This document shows positions 45,501-59,408 of a DNA stretch of 64,000 nucleotides, one piece after another; the first letter of the stretch is position 1, and every line of letters starts with the position of its first letter. The DNA lies in the NCBI GenBank assembly GCA_964199315.1, contig OZ116705.1, positions 5,580,001 through 5,644,000 on the forward strand, in the 5' to 3' direction. Position numbers and translations under genes: made by a program. This DNA comes from Orbicella franksi (Eukaryota). The notes below the pieces were generated by a model, which was given only the letters and a program-made list of their open reading frames with translations, made no database searches and had not been told where the DNA came from.

Positions 45501-47528
45501 CCAGGAACAGATGGAAAGAGAGCACAAAGAGGAGCGTGCGGATCAGATTTCTAAAACTGTTCAGTGGTATTTGGTCAATCCAGCTGGAAAACTCGACCCC
45601 TTTGATAAAATAGCCAACAATGATATAGAATCAGCTTATAAAGCAAAGAAACCATCGCTTTTATTCGCACATCAGAATCTGAAGGCTGAGATAAACTTTG
45701 GAAACAAAGAGGTCACGTTCTTGAGAACGGGTGCTATCAAAAGGGTTCTTCGTAAAGATGGTAAGAACACAGTGGGGAGTTCACTTTTTAATTACAAAAC
45801 ACATAAATGTCACTGTCATAACGTAATGCCCACACAAAGTCCGGCTTTTTCTCATTGATTTCCTTTTAGTATGCTAAAATTACTAAAATAACGGTTGATC
45901 TATATGTGTCATCGTTGACAATCTTGGGAAGCCTTCACCGGTGATCATCCATAAATTTTCAAAATACTGTGAGTGATGGCAACTGTCAATCGTTTTCAAT
46001 TTCTTTGTCCGTGCTTCATAATCTCTGTACTCTCTCACATTTTGGCACAAAACAAGAATGTAATAGCATGCTATCAATTACTGTTAGGCTGCCGAAATTA
46101 GATTTCGCTGGAGCACCGTTTCAGAGCTCAAGTCTACCAACGGTTACATGCCTTCCCGTGTTTTTCACCGACTTAGGCATGTCGTTTCCAGCGTTGTACT
46201 GGTAACGTGAATTTCCACGCTTCTTACATTTTATCAGCATCATTTCCTGTTATAACTACTGACTACTCTTTCGAAAGGACCTGTGGATGATAACAGCTTT
46301 CTCGTTATTAACTTAAAACAGTGTTACCTCTTCCTGCTGAATGGGATCCACAGCCTCGTGACGAAAGTGGAAAAGAGGAGGTTCTTCATTTGGTTAGCCT
46401 TGCACCGGATACCCAGGAATATAAAGCGGTTCAAAAGATGTTCCATCAATCAATGCGAGGGAAGGCTTCCATCACAAATATTGAGAGAATTCAAAACCCA
46501 TCGATGTTTAATTCATACATGCTGAGGAAACAGACCATGGATGAAAAGAACGGGACTCTTGAAAACGAACTGCAACTGTTCCATGGAACGAAACCCGACA
46601 GCGTGAAATCCATCAATATCCAGGGATTTAACAGGAGTTTGTGCGGAATGAACGGTACGTACCCTCATCAATGCCCAGTGAAAATATTAAATATCACACG
46701 TGTGTGATAAACACAGGCTTAATCACGAGCGTAAGCAGAAACTCGTGTATGATCCGACGTGAGTCAATCACAAGCACGCTCCCAGTGATTCTCCTCGTTC
46801 GCAGCCTTGGAGCTGTCGTCACCATATCTACTCCGATGTTACTGCGCTTGTGTATGCCACGTTTTCTTATAGCTTAACTCAGACCCGGGTAACGAGATTG
46901 AGCTGAAGTTGTCTAAGTTCCAAGACTTTAGTCGGTAACGCGAGTCTCTCGGTGTTTTCCTACGCAACAGAAGGCGCACCTATTTCCCACGTCATATTGA
47001 TCGTATATATTATCACTGAGCCGTATAACTAGCTTGAAATATCACAAGTCTTATGCAAACTGTTACTATAGAGTTAACGCTAGCATTTTTGGAACTAGTT
47101 AAAAAGTGCCCTTAATACTGTATTCATTCGTTTGGATTCACATGGACCACTTTTCGCCAGGTTTCCGGTTCTCGACTTTTTCTGTTGTAAAAGCTTTTAC
47201 TAACCTTAAACTTAAAACATCTGAACCTCTGGTAGGTGCGGCTTATGGTGATGGTGTCTATTTTGCAAAAGATGCTTCTTATTCCAATATATACTCACAG
47301 CCACGTCCCAACGGTGATTGCTACATGTATCTAGCGAGAGTGCTGGTCGGGAAACACACCGCTGGCAAGGAAGGAATGAAGACGCCTCCTGCCATAGACC
47401 CAATGAAACCTGAGATCCTCTACGACTCCGTGGTCAACATGGAACAAAATCCAACTATTTTCGTAGTTTTCAACGATTTTCATGTCTACCCGAAATACTT
47501 GATTACCTTTAGAGAGATCAGTCGGTAA
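36572..47528 (+). CDS. PARP-B2: full-length PARP14/15-like paralog, ~1608 aa, H-Y-I triad. Coding exons: 36572-36578, 37771-37869, 38564-38791, 39454-39687, 40154-40393, 41101-42764, 43568-43798, 44263-45760, 46322-46654, 47236-47528
   Basis: Same exon structure and phases as PARP-B1. CDS 4827 nt, only in-frame indels, and LFHGT / YGDGVYFA / PTIF / YPKYLITF are intact. Confidence 0.9.
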
Positions 47529-48886
47529 GTCTATATATCAAAGCATTGGCCTTGCAACACGGATTGAATTTTATTTATATTTTCAACACGGAGTAGCTAT
47601 TAGAGGTAGTTAATAAAAGCAGTCAGTACTTAGCAACGATTCTGTTCAGCTGGGATAAAAATCTTTGATCAAAGAATAGAATAACATTTACTGAACTCGG
47701 CGCTTTTTGGTAGATATGCACTCGGAAAGAACTTCCCTAATTTAAGCTTATTTCCAAACCGCTCAAGGAGACTTAGAAGGGACCGATAAGCTAAATAATG
47801 CACTATTTTTATACATGTTATATAGGAACCAGTATAAACTCGTTTTGAACTAGCTTCCCACTACTGGAATTTTCGATTCTAACGTGAGGTCTCTTTTGTT
47901 GTCAATAGCAAGCTTAAATGAAGGTAGTAGTATCAAGTTACTTCAAATCTATAAATTCAGCTGCATTAATTTTGTTCATGTTGTTGTCTACATGGTTAGG
48001 GTGATGGTTGGTTATATATACGCTAGATTTAAGCTTTAGTCATAATGTACAACTACGGTAACAAAAGAGCCGTTACAAGGGTTGTTACCCAAACTTTAAC
48101 CATAGATATGTTTTTGGAATGCTCATAGAATTTTGAAAAAGGGTCCGCTTATGGAAAGGGTTCATTTTCATGTTGCATTGTAAGGGGGAAGTCGGATAAT
48201 TTACAGGCGGTTACTATCTACATCTACCAAATAATAGTGGAACACGGTCGCACGGACGAAAAATGTTTTCAAAATAGGGCTTATAGGGCTGACTTAGTGG
48301 CCAAGATTAACAACCACATTGCTTAACACTAAATGTATACGAATATAGTTATCCGGATTCCTTACAACAGTGAATGAAATGCAATATGGTTAATAGAGCG
48401 GTTTTCATTTGAGTGTCGAAAAGTAATTGGTTTTGCATCAAATACGCTACACGATTGGCTGAAAATAACTTGCGCCACTTTTTCATCCAATCGTGACTCG
48501 CTCGCAGGCGTTTTCCCGCGCTTTGCGTCAGCTAGCTACATGTCATTACTTGGAGTTTTGATTGATTCACTGGATTGCGTCCTTTGTGATTGGCTAGAGT
48601 GATTACGTTGGTTTTGGTTTTACAACACTCAGTTGAAAACTGCTCTAAAACTTATATAAATTAACTGCTTACTTTATCCTTCCGGTAGGAGTTGGTATTG
48701 TTTTCTTAGATATGACCGGCAATAATAAAGAAAGAAAGCTGTTCCCAGTTGGGGGTGGGGGAGATGGTCTCGGAATGTTAGCACAGGTGGGAAGGAATAA
48801 GTAATTAATTTCAACTTCACGCTCACCACGCTCTATTCTGGAAAGGATAAAAACAGGAATTAAATGTGCTACAGAACAGCACCTTT

Positions 48887-49116
48887 GGCCTGTTTGAAAC
48901 GTGGAACTTTATATGAGCCAAAACTAATGTCGCTATTGGGAAAGTACGCTTAAAGTTCGACGTCTGAATCAGTTACGATCGACAGATTTGTATTTGGGTC
49001 GACCTTGCTGTTCTGTTCGAATAGAACGGCAAAAGTTCGACCTCGATTTAGACGCCAAATTTCACGAGCCAAAGCTAATGCATGGAAAAACCTGTGGAAA
49101 CACTCGCCTGTGGCTC

Positions 49117-49147
<31 letters not shown>

Positions 49148-50043
49148 TTTCTATTCGTGTTTCTATAACTCGTTATAGTTCACCAGTAAATTTTCTCCGA
49201 TTCTTATTGGTTTAAATTGATCACGTGACGCGATAGTGTTCATCCGTGGAGAGACACTATCAGCCCATAGTGTCCGTCCGAGGAAAATACCCGGATGGAT
49301 AATACTCGTCCGTGTAAATGTTTCTATAAAGAAGCGAGCGTACAGAAAGTAAACAATTGAAATGTATTAAGTGGGTTTTTGTCTGTTTTCTTTTCCAAAT
49401 TTTTCATTTGGCTCTAACTACCTTTCACGGCTTTCATCTAAAAAAGTTGAAAATAATTCAATATGAATTTTGAACTGGCGCGCGGAAGAAAATTTAGATG
49501 GTGAACAATAAAGACAATAGAGTGTTTGTGTCTCGGAACTATCGGTCTGATAGTTGACCCTTGGGAATTTGTTGTTCTTAAAACTAGCATTTTTCCCCTC
49601 GAAGCTTCGCTTCTCGGGCATATTTGTTTTAAGAACATCAAATTTCCGCGGGGCAACTATCAACTGATAGTTCCTCGACAGAAACACTCTATTGTTTAAA
49701 TAGAAACAGGGTTCACGTTTTCTTTTTTCTAACTATTGATTCCGTGTTTTAGAAATAATTCACATAATTTTGCCCAGAACTGGTCCTCATAACTAGACGT
49801 CTAAGTAGTCTCAAGTCCCATAGCCCTCGTTACCCCTGAACAGCGGTTTGCATCAAGTAACTTTGCCCTCATCAGTCGACAGAAGACGACGAACGAGAAT
49901 TGAGAAAAACGCTGAAGCGCTGCCGATTGGAGACATGAGAAGCACGCACACGACAATCACGCGTGAAGATCAGCAAGCATTCTGCGAGCGCAATTACTAT
50001 CTATCTGAGGTACTCTATTGTTTTTAAAGTTACAGCTGAGATG
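48887..50043. repeat. ~1.15-kb mosaic of repeat fragments present only in copy 2, immediately 3' of the BTB-TLDc-2 stop codon
   Basis: Copy 1 joins cacctt..ccagatcacgac almost directly (~26827-26835). The insert includes the inverted pair aaagacaatagagtgtttgtgtctcggaactatc / gatagttcctcgacagaaacactctattgttt. Confidence 0.7.
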
Positions 50044-50048
50044 CCAGA

Positions 50049-52159
50049 TCACGACTTCAGCAAACTGAAAGCTCTGTTCAGCAACAACCAGCCGGGGTTT
50101 TCTACCTTCTCATTCCCGCCAAACCCGAATACTTCCATTTCATCGACATCAAATTCGTCATCTCCCGTTAAAAACGTTTGAGACTCCTCATCAGGTGGAC
50201 ACTGGTAGGAGTTATCCAGGTCTACAGAGCATTTGCAGGAATTGGGCTTAGCCTCAATGTAAAGATCTTTTCCAAATGCTGGCCCAAGGTCTTTGTCGTA
50301 GTAGATGGCAAATTCTTCTTGTCCAGCTTTCAAAGGCAACTTTGTTGGCTGCAGACCACTTGGGTTAATAAGGCTGAACAGGAACGAATCGCTAGCTTTT
50401 CTGTGACCTGCAGAAGCTATCAGCAGATCAACATCTGGTCAACTAAATTTGACGTTCAGAAGGATGGTCTCGCATTTTCTCTGGGGTGGGTGTGTGGGGG
50501 GGGGGGGGAGGGGGGGAGACTAAAAATGTTTTATAAGGGGAGGTTCCGCCCCAAAGTCCAGACAGGAAAGCTATGCCTTCCGTATACCTTTCGTCGAGAA
50601 AAGATACTCCTTTACATACCTACTTAAGAACACTGCACCCCTTTTCTAAACCCTTGACATGAAGTTAGTGAACAATATCAGATATCACGCGAGAACATTA
50701 ACTGCCAGAAAAGATGTTAACCAAAAGACAAGTATTATCATGTATTCAGTTCAGTTACGTTTTATACCTGCCTTTCGTAGCCAAAGCTGATTAACCGGCA
50801 AGTTGCCCAACCCATATCTTTGTACCTCCCTTCACAGGAATATTACATCATCAACGCAAAGATGGGTTACACAGGATTTTCTTGCACAGGAAGGAATGCA
50901 CCGACTCACTCCATGACCTCGTGTCCACGTGACCAAACGTCACGTGGACACAAGGCAACAAGAGATAAATGCTATGTGCATTTGAAAAGAAAGTTGCAAG
51001 CTAGTTCCAGTCTAGTACTGAGAATGCTAATATGGGCTATTGTTTTTGTACGAGTTCTATTTCGTTCGATTGCCGAATTCAATCGAAACATGTTCCTGAT
51101 CGAGCTTAATCCATGGATTGAGTTCGATTGAGTTCGATTGAAATTCAGCTCGATCGGGTTCGATCGACTTTGCTAGGAGTCATATTCTCAAAATCTAAAG
51201 AAATTAAGAGCAGTAGAAAACATGACAATTAGATATATATAATTTGCACTGAGCTCCCCACAGGAACTAAGAAAAGAAGACAAGGCTGTTTTTCTGACAT
51301 ATAAACTTAGTTTCTAAGGTCTTGTTTTGTGGGTATGCCTAAATCAAATACGCTGGGTTAAAATGCTTACCGGTGTGTTCCCACTGTTGCTCGGTATAGC
51401 CTCCAAATATGTATTCGCCACTCTTGATCACTGTCACCGTAGGACCCTTGTAGTCGCATCGGGCGTGAAAGTCGGCAGCAGCCCAGCCATCACGGGAAGC
51501 ACGATATAACAAAGCAAAGAACAAGTTGTCCCTGGTGTTATTGAGTGCTTGAGTTTCCTTCAACCAATTCATCAAGGTTTCGCGTTGATCTGAGGATAGA
51601 ATAACTGAATTCTTGAATGGCCTCGCAGTGAGCTCACTGATGATCCCCTCAACTTGATAAAATTCAGCCTCGGCCAGTAGCTCTTCGCGAATTCGCACCA
51701 TCTCGTCTTTAGGCACAATAAGCTGCCCAGTGCGAAGATAATTCAGGATATACCGGAAGTGAGTTCCATCGCGATCAATGAAGTAAGATCCATCCTCGCT
51801 TGGCTTTGTGTCAAATCTTCCCGAAAACAGAGCGTGTAGCATGGAACCTGCCATTATATTGGGAAACAAGATAACCAAGAATTGCAATTAGGAAGAACGC
51901 TAGTACCGGTGTTTGAGAAATCAGATAAATGAGAGTGTAATTTGAAAATAACATACCAAAACATACCTGGATCTTTATTCAGGGTTGCTAGACTGGTCGA
52001 GAAAAAGTGGCCGCCGACATTGAGCCTCACAATTTTCGAGAAAAGAACGTGCTCCAGCTTCTTTGTAACCTCATCACAGGCTTCCTTTTCGTTGTTGTTG
52101 GCTTCATCGCTGGGCTCGACAGGGAGAATGTTTTCTTCCTCCGAATTACGTGAAGACAT
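50049..52159 (-). CDS. KCTD-type BTB/POZ + TLDc domain protein, copy 2 (342 aa). Exons 52159-51967, 51847-51371, 50407-50049
   Basis: Near-identical to 26840-28940, with the same splice sites and intact motifs (FSGRF, DRDG, EAEFY, TLDc). Confidence 0.92.
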
Positions 52160-54870
52160 CTTCCTTCATAGAGCAAATAGAAAATGTATTGAACACCGAG
52201 TCTGTAGAAAAAAAAAATGAAGTTATTCTATCCACTCAATACCCCGGGTGCCAGAGGGGTTTTATTATGTCGCGAAGCCGCTCACAGAAATTGCGAAAAT
52301 CCCTCAGTCACGTTGAACTTGCAAAACCAGCCTCGAGCAGTCTCTAATGTCTGTAATATATATTTTCTAGTTGAGTCGACACAACTATACATCAAAACTG
52401 TCTATGCTGTCAGATATAAATGTATCTAGCTAAACTGAAATTAAAGGGCGAGTCTTTGGCGTACTTACTGATCGCTTTAGACGGCGAGCAATGTCTCTTG
52501 ACTTTTACTCGAAAATCCGTGGGGAAGGACGCAAAACAAGCGTAACTGCGAGTTTGACATGCGAGCAGTCACGGGAGCCTCTCACGTTCCCCCACGCTCG
52601 CATGCTCGCGAGCGCGACCGCTCACTGACCTCACTCATTTAGCGTTCTTCTTCCACACGGATTTTCGAGGAAAAGAGAGACTGCTCCCGGTCAGCACTAT
52701 GGCTTTTAACTGGGACTCGATTCGCCAAAAGCCGTGCTTTTATTTACAGGCTCAACCCTAGGCTCAACCAATAAACTATATTAAGTGTTCTAAGATTGTT
52801 GTTGTAGTTGGGTCAAAGGCATTTCAGTCTGCCCCGGTTTTTTCTTTCCAACCATCATTGCAAATTGTTTAGTAAGTTTAATTTGTTTTGTTCATCAAGG
52901 TTAGCAGTTTTTATCCTAATTAGGGGCCCAAGAATCGGGATAGGATGGCAAAAGTATCTCAAAAATAGCAATAAAACAGAAACAGATAAAATTTCCATCC
53001 TTCATCCACAGTATTATCGTCACGAGAATTGAGGGCGCCTCTTGCCTTGGGCGGCACAATGAAACATATCCCGATTCACGTTAGTTAAGAGTTTGAAACT
53101 GGCAAGGACTAGCCCCACAGAGATTTACGACAACTTTAAGTTTTATTTATAATAATTAAGTACCGTGATGATTCGATTTAGCGCCTGGGGCGCTTACTTA
53201 CATTTGGTTCCTCAAGGGAGGGCGTACGTTTATTCGAGACAGGGCGATCAATCGGGACAGAAACAGCCGAATGTTCAAAAACAAAATTTTTTAAGACGGT
53301 ATTTAACAACAAAAGAAAAATACCAGAAACTGTAACAGTAACAAATATACGGTGAATGTTTTGAGGGAATTTTAATCTATTTCGACGCCGATAGCTTTGA
53401 CAGTGTCACTTAAAATGTCACGTCAATACGTAAATAAATGCTTCGTGATGCGGCATCTTCGACATGCGACTTAGTGATCCCGTCGAAAGGATCCTTTTCG
53501 AGTGAATTACTCATGGCTTGCTGAACAACCCTGAGCCGTTCTAGCCCTGCACATGGCAAGACTGATTTTTCTTAAAGCAGCAAATAATATTGGAATTGGG
53601 ACGCTTATTAGAATGGGGGCGCTTATTGGAATAGGGCTGAATAGGGGCACTTATTTATAAAAGCACATTCGAAGGGGGGCGGTTATTCGAAAGGGGGCGC
53701 TTATTGGAAGGAGGGAGCCAAATCCAATCATTACGGTATTAAAAGGTACACTTGACTAGCTGCGCTTCTATAACATCGAGCAGTTCTCTTGACCTAAAAT
53801 CACGGGAAATGTACGGTCTTGTTTTGAAACGCAACTTCGAAATTACAGTTATATATAGGTTGATTTAAGAAATGTAGATAATGAAGAAAACGTAAACTCC
53901 AAAAAGCCATACGTTTTTACATCACGTGCAGAACTAGGGATTGGAAAAGAGAATAAACAGATTCAAGTTTTGCCACCCGCCAAAGTGATAATACCTTGTT
54001 TACCTTTCTCAGCTTTTTGTGTCCGAATTCACTTCAGAGGTATTTCTAATCCTCCTGGCTTCAAACGGTTCGTTCTCGCAGACTACAAGAATCCAGCAAG
54101 CGATAATTTACTCTTCGAAGAGACCAAGTGAGTCCAATTGAGCGCTGTGAACAGTACGAGCTCAATTTTAAACTGCAAATGAAATGCTATCCGTTCGATT
54201 TAGTTCTGGGAAGTTGCTTCAACGCTTCCGGCTTGATCACAAGAAATCGGAATTCAAAGCCAGGAATATAATATGACGCAAAAAACGTAACGCAACAGGT
54301 AACTCCTCTCGCAGAAGCTGACTAAATAACAAACCGTATGAACAACAACTGAAATTTGGTGAATGGGAGAAATGCCCCAACAAAATAAGCTGTATACGGC
54401 ATTTTAAGAGGATACTCAAATTAGGTGGTACAGTAGTGTTTGAAGATCTAGCCCGGGGCGGGGGGGCGGCGGAGGGGGGGGGGAGGTGGAGGGGCTAACA
54501 TATTTGTCTCACGCGCTCAGCTGATTCAGAAAACTCATAACTTAGATTTAGTAACATCAGAAAATGATAAGAGACAAAGTTATTTCTTCCTAGTAGGAAA
54601 CCTTCAAGAAAACTTAAGATTTAAAAACGGGCCTTGTGAAGACGTTCAAAATGGCTCTTTTTAAGGGCCACCACAAAAATAGAAGTCTTGGTCTTCAATT
54701 CGTTCGCTTTGATATTCTTTTGTCATTGATTTTTGATAGGAAATTGGGAATTGAAATAATTACCATATCCTGGATTTCCGTGATACACACTTAAGCTTAA
54801 CAGATGTATGGGTTTTCTGAAAACAGAATGCCTGGATTCCTCTTGTAAAGGCAGCTTTATTTCTACGGTC

Positions 54871-55829
54871 AGGCCTACCGTTCACACTAATCCGTCACGA
54901 AAACGGAGCTATTTAGGGCTTTCCACAAGTTTCTCGAGATTTCCCAAAAAGTTGCCCGCTATTTCTCAAAAAGTTGCTCAAAAAAGCAAAAGTTGCTTTC
55001 TGTAACGCAAGTTGCTCAAAAATTGCTTAAAAAAACAAAAAAAACAAAAACAATTTTGTTGCTCTCTTCCTTTATTTGGTCTGATGCAAAAATATACAAA
55101 TTGACGGAAATTGTACAACAAAAGTAAGATTTCTAAGCATTTTTGTACAATTTTGCGGCGTAACCAGCGTTGCTAAATAACATTGTCCTTAATCAAAACC
55201 AAATATTAATATTAAGCTTGTAAAAATTCTTCATCAAGGACACTCGAGTCAATCGAGTGTGAATCGCCGTCCACCATTTTGAATTTTCTTTAAAAAAAAA
55301 ACCGATGACCTAGCAGCCCGGCTGCATCCATCTTGCACCCATCATCCGCCCCAGGGGCAAGGGGGGAGGAGGATATCTGGCTCCTTTTTTCACAGGAAAT
55401 TCATAAATTGTCTACTAAAACACTGCGAAATATGGAAGCATGGCCAATTTAACTACTAAAAGCTGCTCCAATTTCTCAGAATTGATAAAAAAAACTAGAA
55501 ATTGCTCAGAGAGCGAAAAGTTGCTCAAAAGATATACAAGAAGTTGCCAAAAAGTTGAAAACCCTAGAGCTATTCGTAAACGCTTTTCAAACCGGAGGAA
55601 TTTGAAAACGCCGGCTTTGCGTTTTATTGTTAACGGTAAACATTTTAAAAACGGAGCCTTTCGAAAACCTTGACGTCACGATAATCGGGTTATTTCCCTG
55701 CCCAAGTTATCCTCAAACACAAATCCAAAATGGCGCTTATTGTTGCGTTTTTAAAATTTATCTGACGTAGTGTGGACGGAACACATTTGATGCGTTTTCA
55801 AATTTTCCGGCATAGTGTGGACAGGACCT
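54871..55829. mobile_element. Harbinger-type MITE (family of 16593-16946) interrupted by a hAT element
   Basis: aggcctaccgttcacactaatccgtcacgaaaacg ... gtgtggacaggacct. The two halves rejoin when 54914-55566 and one TSD are removed. Confidence 0.65.
54914..55566. mobile_element. hAT-superfamily non-autonomous element
   Basis: 8-bp TSD GAGCTATT (54906-54913 and 55567-55574), TIR TAGGGCTTTCCAC / GTTGAAAACCCTA, and subterminal aagttgctcaaa repeats. Confidence 0.85.
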
Positions 55830-56060
55830 TAAATTCAAGTGCATGTGTAGTACATGTGTCGTGTTTGTTACTCCGGGTTGTTTTACGTCCTTACTCAAAT
55901 TGAAATGCCCGAAGAAAAAAAAAATTGGTTAATTTAGTGATTTCTTGATTTGCAGTTAGCATTTTTCGGGTTGATCTCAGCTGAATCATCAAAATGATTT
56001 TTAATTTAGTGATTTATCATCATGAAAGAGGTTTGATTTGCTGACCAAAATAGCATTTAA

Positions 56061-56389
56061 AGAAAGCGAAGCCTTGGAGACGAATGGCTTATAGCTGCCA
56101 GAGCTTATCCCGGTTTCTGTAGCATGAAGCGGCTAGGAGTATTTTCACTCCCCCTGAACGGGATGCTAGTCTATCGCAGGTCACTCCCCCGCAATTTGTT
56201 AGGTTTCCCCCACAATTCGCCGGTACCCATTTATACTCCTAGTACTCCTGGGTGGAGAGAGGCACTGTGAGAGTTAAGTGTCTTGCCCAAAAACACAACA
56301 CAGTGTCCCCAGCCAGGGCTCAAACCCAGACTGCTCACTCCGGAGTCGAGTGCACTAACCATGAGGCCACCGCGCCTCCCATTAAAATA
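56061..56389 (-). mobile_element. tRNA-derived SINE (second subfamily, different 3' tail)
   Basis: A-box/B-box-like head and shared core, flanked by the 14-bp direct repeat aaaatagcatttaa (56047-56060 and 56390-56403). Confidence 0.85.
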
Positions 56390-56917
56390 AAAATAGCATT
56401 TAAGGTCACATTTAATTTCACCTTGCACCTGTATGGTAGCATCCTAACTTCCAGACCCCGTACATTTTTTTTGAGTACATACCAAAGTGAACCCGCAACT
56501 TGTCACAGGAAGAAAAAGTAACACGACCTCAAGAAACGAGAGTGGTTCGCTTGTGACTTTTTGACAGCAGTCCGACATTAAAAATATTGCGGATCCACGT
56601 AAACAAGCCGATTAGTGACAGAGCTTGATGAGAAGAAAAGATAAACACCAGTTTCCTTCAGCATGTGGGTGGTCAGTCAGTCATTTGCTTGGTTGTAAAG
56701 TGCATGTTTTGGGTAATTCTGCTGACCTGGCGCTGACTACGTAATATTAGAAAGAGACGGGAGAAGAGGAACTGATGGCCGAGGACCATAGCAACTAGCA
56801 GTGATACTCAGCAGCAACTGTCTTGTGTTTAGGGTAGTTAGCTCAAAGAGCCCTTTGATCTGTCTCGAGCGCGTGCTCAGCACGTGACATTCGCCAACAG
56901 AACAAAGTTGTAACAAC

Positions 56918-59047
56918 ATGGAAGACTCAGAGAAAGTGTGTTTGAAGTTAGCATTGAGCTTGGTGCCGTTTTTTAACATTTTTAGAGAAGACATGGAAGA
57001 GAATATTAATCGACTTGCCCAAGACTTAGAAAAATGTTGTCACAACAATCCCGACGTTGAAGTAATCCATACCGGAAGTGGATTCGAAGGACTTTCTCTT
57101 CCTCATCTAGAGAAACGACAAGCGTGGAACACCGATGCCGATCATATGATCATAAGAACCAACTTAAAAGTACATGAGGGAATGCGGCGAGAAGAGAAAG
57201 ATCCAGAGAAAAGTGTCAATGTGGAGCAAGATTTGTCTGGAGTCGGTGAAGGCGGCGAAGGCTCAACGATAGCTGCAAACATGAACGTCGCGGAGGATAT
57301 CTTGTACACCTTTGACGCGTTACACCCGGGCTATGCACACGTGTCAAAAAAGAAAGTCTTTCATCCGATGGATACATCTTTCATTCGGGAGCACTGCCTT
57401 CAGAACTCTGAATTCATTGAGAACAGTCAAGATTCGATTCCTCTCAGTCGCACCACCTTAATGGCTGTAGGTGACGGCACCATCACAGGCCCGTCGTATT
57501 CTCTTCCCTATACTGGAGGGTCTTTCATTGTTAATCGAGACTTTGTTTATGGTCTCAAATGTGAATTCTGGCCCTCACAAGCGGAGGAATGGATACACCG
57601 AGACAGACGTCAGAACTGGCCGAGCCCGGAGCTCATCTCCTCGATATCAGCAAAGGGCTGCCACCTCGTGCCAGTTGGTTCCCATACCAGCAGCTTACGA
57701 GAATTTGAATGGAGATATTCTTTTTCGGTAGCTGAGATGACGCTCGCTGGATTCCTAACAGAGAATCACAAGTTAGCTTACTCTGTTCTGAAGTCGCTGA
57801 TCAAGAGCGAGATGAAGCTGCGTGACATTGATGTGTTCGCGTCGTATCATCTCAAAACTTGTTTGTTTTGGTTCCTTGAGCAGAAGGGAGTCGAATCGTG
57901 GGGGAAACAGAGCTTAGGGACGAATATTCTTGAACTTCTTGACTTTATTATTTCATTCTACGCCAACGGTTCTGTCCCAAGCTACTTCATTTCTAAGAAT
58001 AATATGATAGATCACCGTTCTTCAGAGGAAATTTGGAAAGCATGTCACGCTCTCAGAGACGTTCGAGCCACTGTAACGCAATCCCTGTGTCGTTATATTG
58101 AAACCAATCACGCACTTCCGGTTTTCTTCGATACTTCTCTCTCTCAGCAGCTCAAAGAAAACCATGAAAAGTTTGTTCAAAACTGCAAATACAATTTTCT
58201 TGTGATGGCTTTGGCTTACATCCTAAAAGGCATAAAAATGGAGAAAAACCACCAATGTGAAGCAGACTGTCTGGTCAAGAAAGCCCGGCTTCTGCACGAA
58301 GCTAAACTGGATGGAAGCACACAGAAGTACGCACAGCTGCTTGCAGCTCTTTCTGAAGTTTCACATGCCGCTGAAAGTTCAACGTCAAGCATGGTGCTTT
58401 CACTGTTAGAGGAGTACTTAGCCGCAGATCAGCTGAAAGTAACAGAAAGCAGCGCGGTAACACTTGCAGTATTTAACGTATTCTTAACTCTTCATCCCAC
58501 TACACAGGGCGAAGCTGGCTTTGAAAGCAATTCTGCAGGGTTTCAAGAACACCTGACCAATCTTTCGGTCAAGGAATCTCTCTTTTGGGCAGCGCGACTA
58601 CACGAGAAGTACTGTGACGCCATTTATGATTTTGTGGTAAAGAAATGGGTAAATGGCCCCAAATTCCACACCGATGATGACGACGCTAAAAAGGTCATGA
58701 AGCTGTTGATGGTAGTTCTCGGAAAACCAACAAAACAGGCCAGTGCAGTAACCGGCTCAGTAGTCAAACGAACGATCGAAGGCCAAAGGTTTATCCAGAT
58801 GCGTTTCTTGGCAGACTATTTGCTGCACGTACATTTAGAGAGTGCCTACATCGCTTTCCAAGCTGTCGCTTATCTCATGGGCAGAAGTGTTCTGTCCGAA
58901 ATTTATGTGATTATCAATTGGTCTGCTTATAATCAGAGCAAGCTACGTGCAATAGAATTAGTCTTGTCTAAACAAGAATTACAATCTGAACTCTCTGAGA
59001 AAGATTTTGCCAAGCTGGTTCAAACGCAACATGAGTTATTGAATTGA
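56918..59047 (+). CDS. Intronless Mab-21/cGAS-like receptor (cGLR)-family nucleotidyltransferase, 709 aa, with a long helical C-terminal extension
   Basis: G53-S54 (TGSGFEG), D73-A-D75 and D208 (NRDFV) form the NTase catalytic motifs. WPSQAEEW..R...[31 protein letters not shown] and [11 protein letters not shown] are Mab-21 family signatures. Strong start context caacATGg. Confidence 0.92.
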   Translation: MEDSEKVCLKLALSLVPFFNIFREDMEENINRLAQDLEKCCHNNPDVEVIHTGSGFEGLSLPHLEKRQAWNTDADHMIIRTNLKVHEGMRREEKDPEKSVNVEQDLSGVGEGGEGSTIAANMNVAEDILYTFDALHPGYAHVSKKKVFHPMDTSFIREHCLQNSEFIENSQDSIPLSRTTLMAVGDGTITGPSYSLPYTGGSFIVNRDFVYGLKCEFWPSQAEEWIHRDRRQNWPSPELISSISAKGCHLVPVGSHTSSLREFEWRYSFSVAEMTLAGFLTENHKLAYSVLKSLIKSEMKLRDIDVFASYHLKTCLFWFLEQKGVESWGKQSLGTNILELLDFIISFYANGSVPSYFISKNNMIDHRSSEEIWKACHALRDVRATVTQSLCRYIETNHALPVFFDTSLSQQLKENHEKFVQNCKYNFLVMALAYILKGIKMEKNHQCEADCLVKKARLLHEAKLDGSTQKYAQLLAALSEVSHAAESSTSSMVLSLLEEYLAADQLKVTESSAVTLAVFNVFLTLHPTTQGEAGFESNSAGFQEHLTNLSVKESLFWAARLHEKYCDAIYDFVVKKWVNGPKFHTDDDDAKKVMKLLMVVLGKPTKQASAVTGSVVKRTIEGQRFIQMRFLADYLLHVHLESAYIAFQAVAYLMGRSVLSEIYVIINWSAYNQSKLRAIELVLSKQELQSELSEKDFAKLVQTQHELLN

Positions 59048-59408
59048 TTAACTATGTCGGCGAAAGCTATTTTAAAGTAACCGCTCTGAAGTCTTTGTTA
59101 CCATATCTATACTGTTGACGACTTAAAACATCCCTGATTCCAATAAATCTTGTACTAGCTGTGTAGATCAGTATTGTCTTACGGATAGTAAAATGTGTTA
59201 CATTCAGTTAAGCAGTTAATTGTACATTAGTCATTTTTCGCAGCTCAATGTCAATTTTTTTCAACAACTCCACTCTCGCCTTCTTACGGTGGAGAAAGTC
59301 TCTTTAATAAATATCATTCCCGCTATTCAAAACACGAAGATACACATTAACCCCAAACCAAGCTTCTACCTTTACTACCTGCCCCTCCGGGGGCTCCCCA
59401 GGGACCTG

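Larger units (their letters stand above)
31184..54390 (+). repeat. Tandem segmental duplication, copy 2 (~23.2 kb)
   Basis: Colinear with 4624-31170. Unique sequence resumes at 54391. Confidence 0.93.

Noticed and set aside
54454-54495. G-rich runs (also 27276-27312, 50485-50517) as functional G-quadruplexes
   Set aside because: Such runs are common inside the repeat families here and are error-prone homopolymers. There is no independent support.
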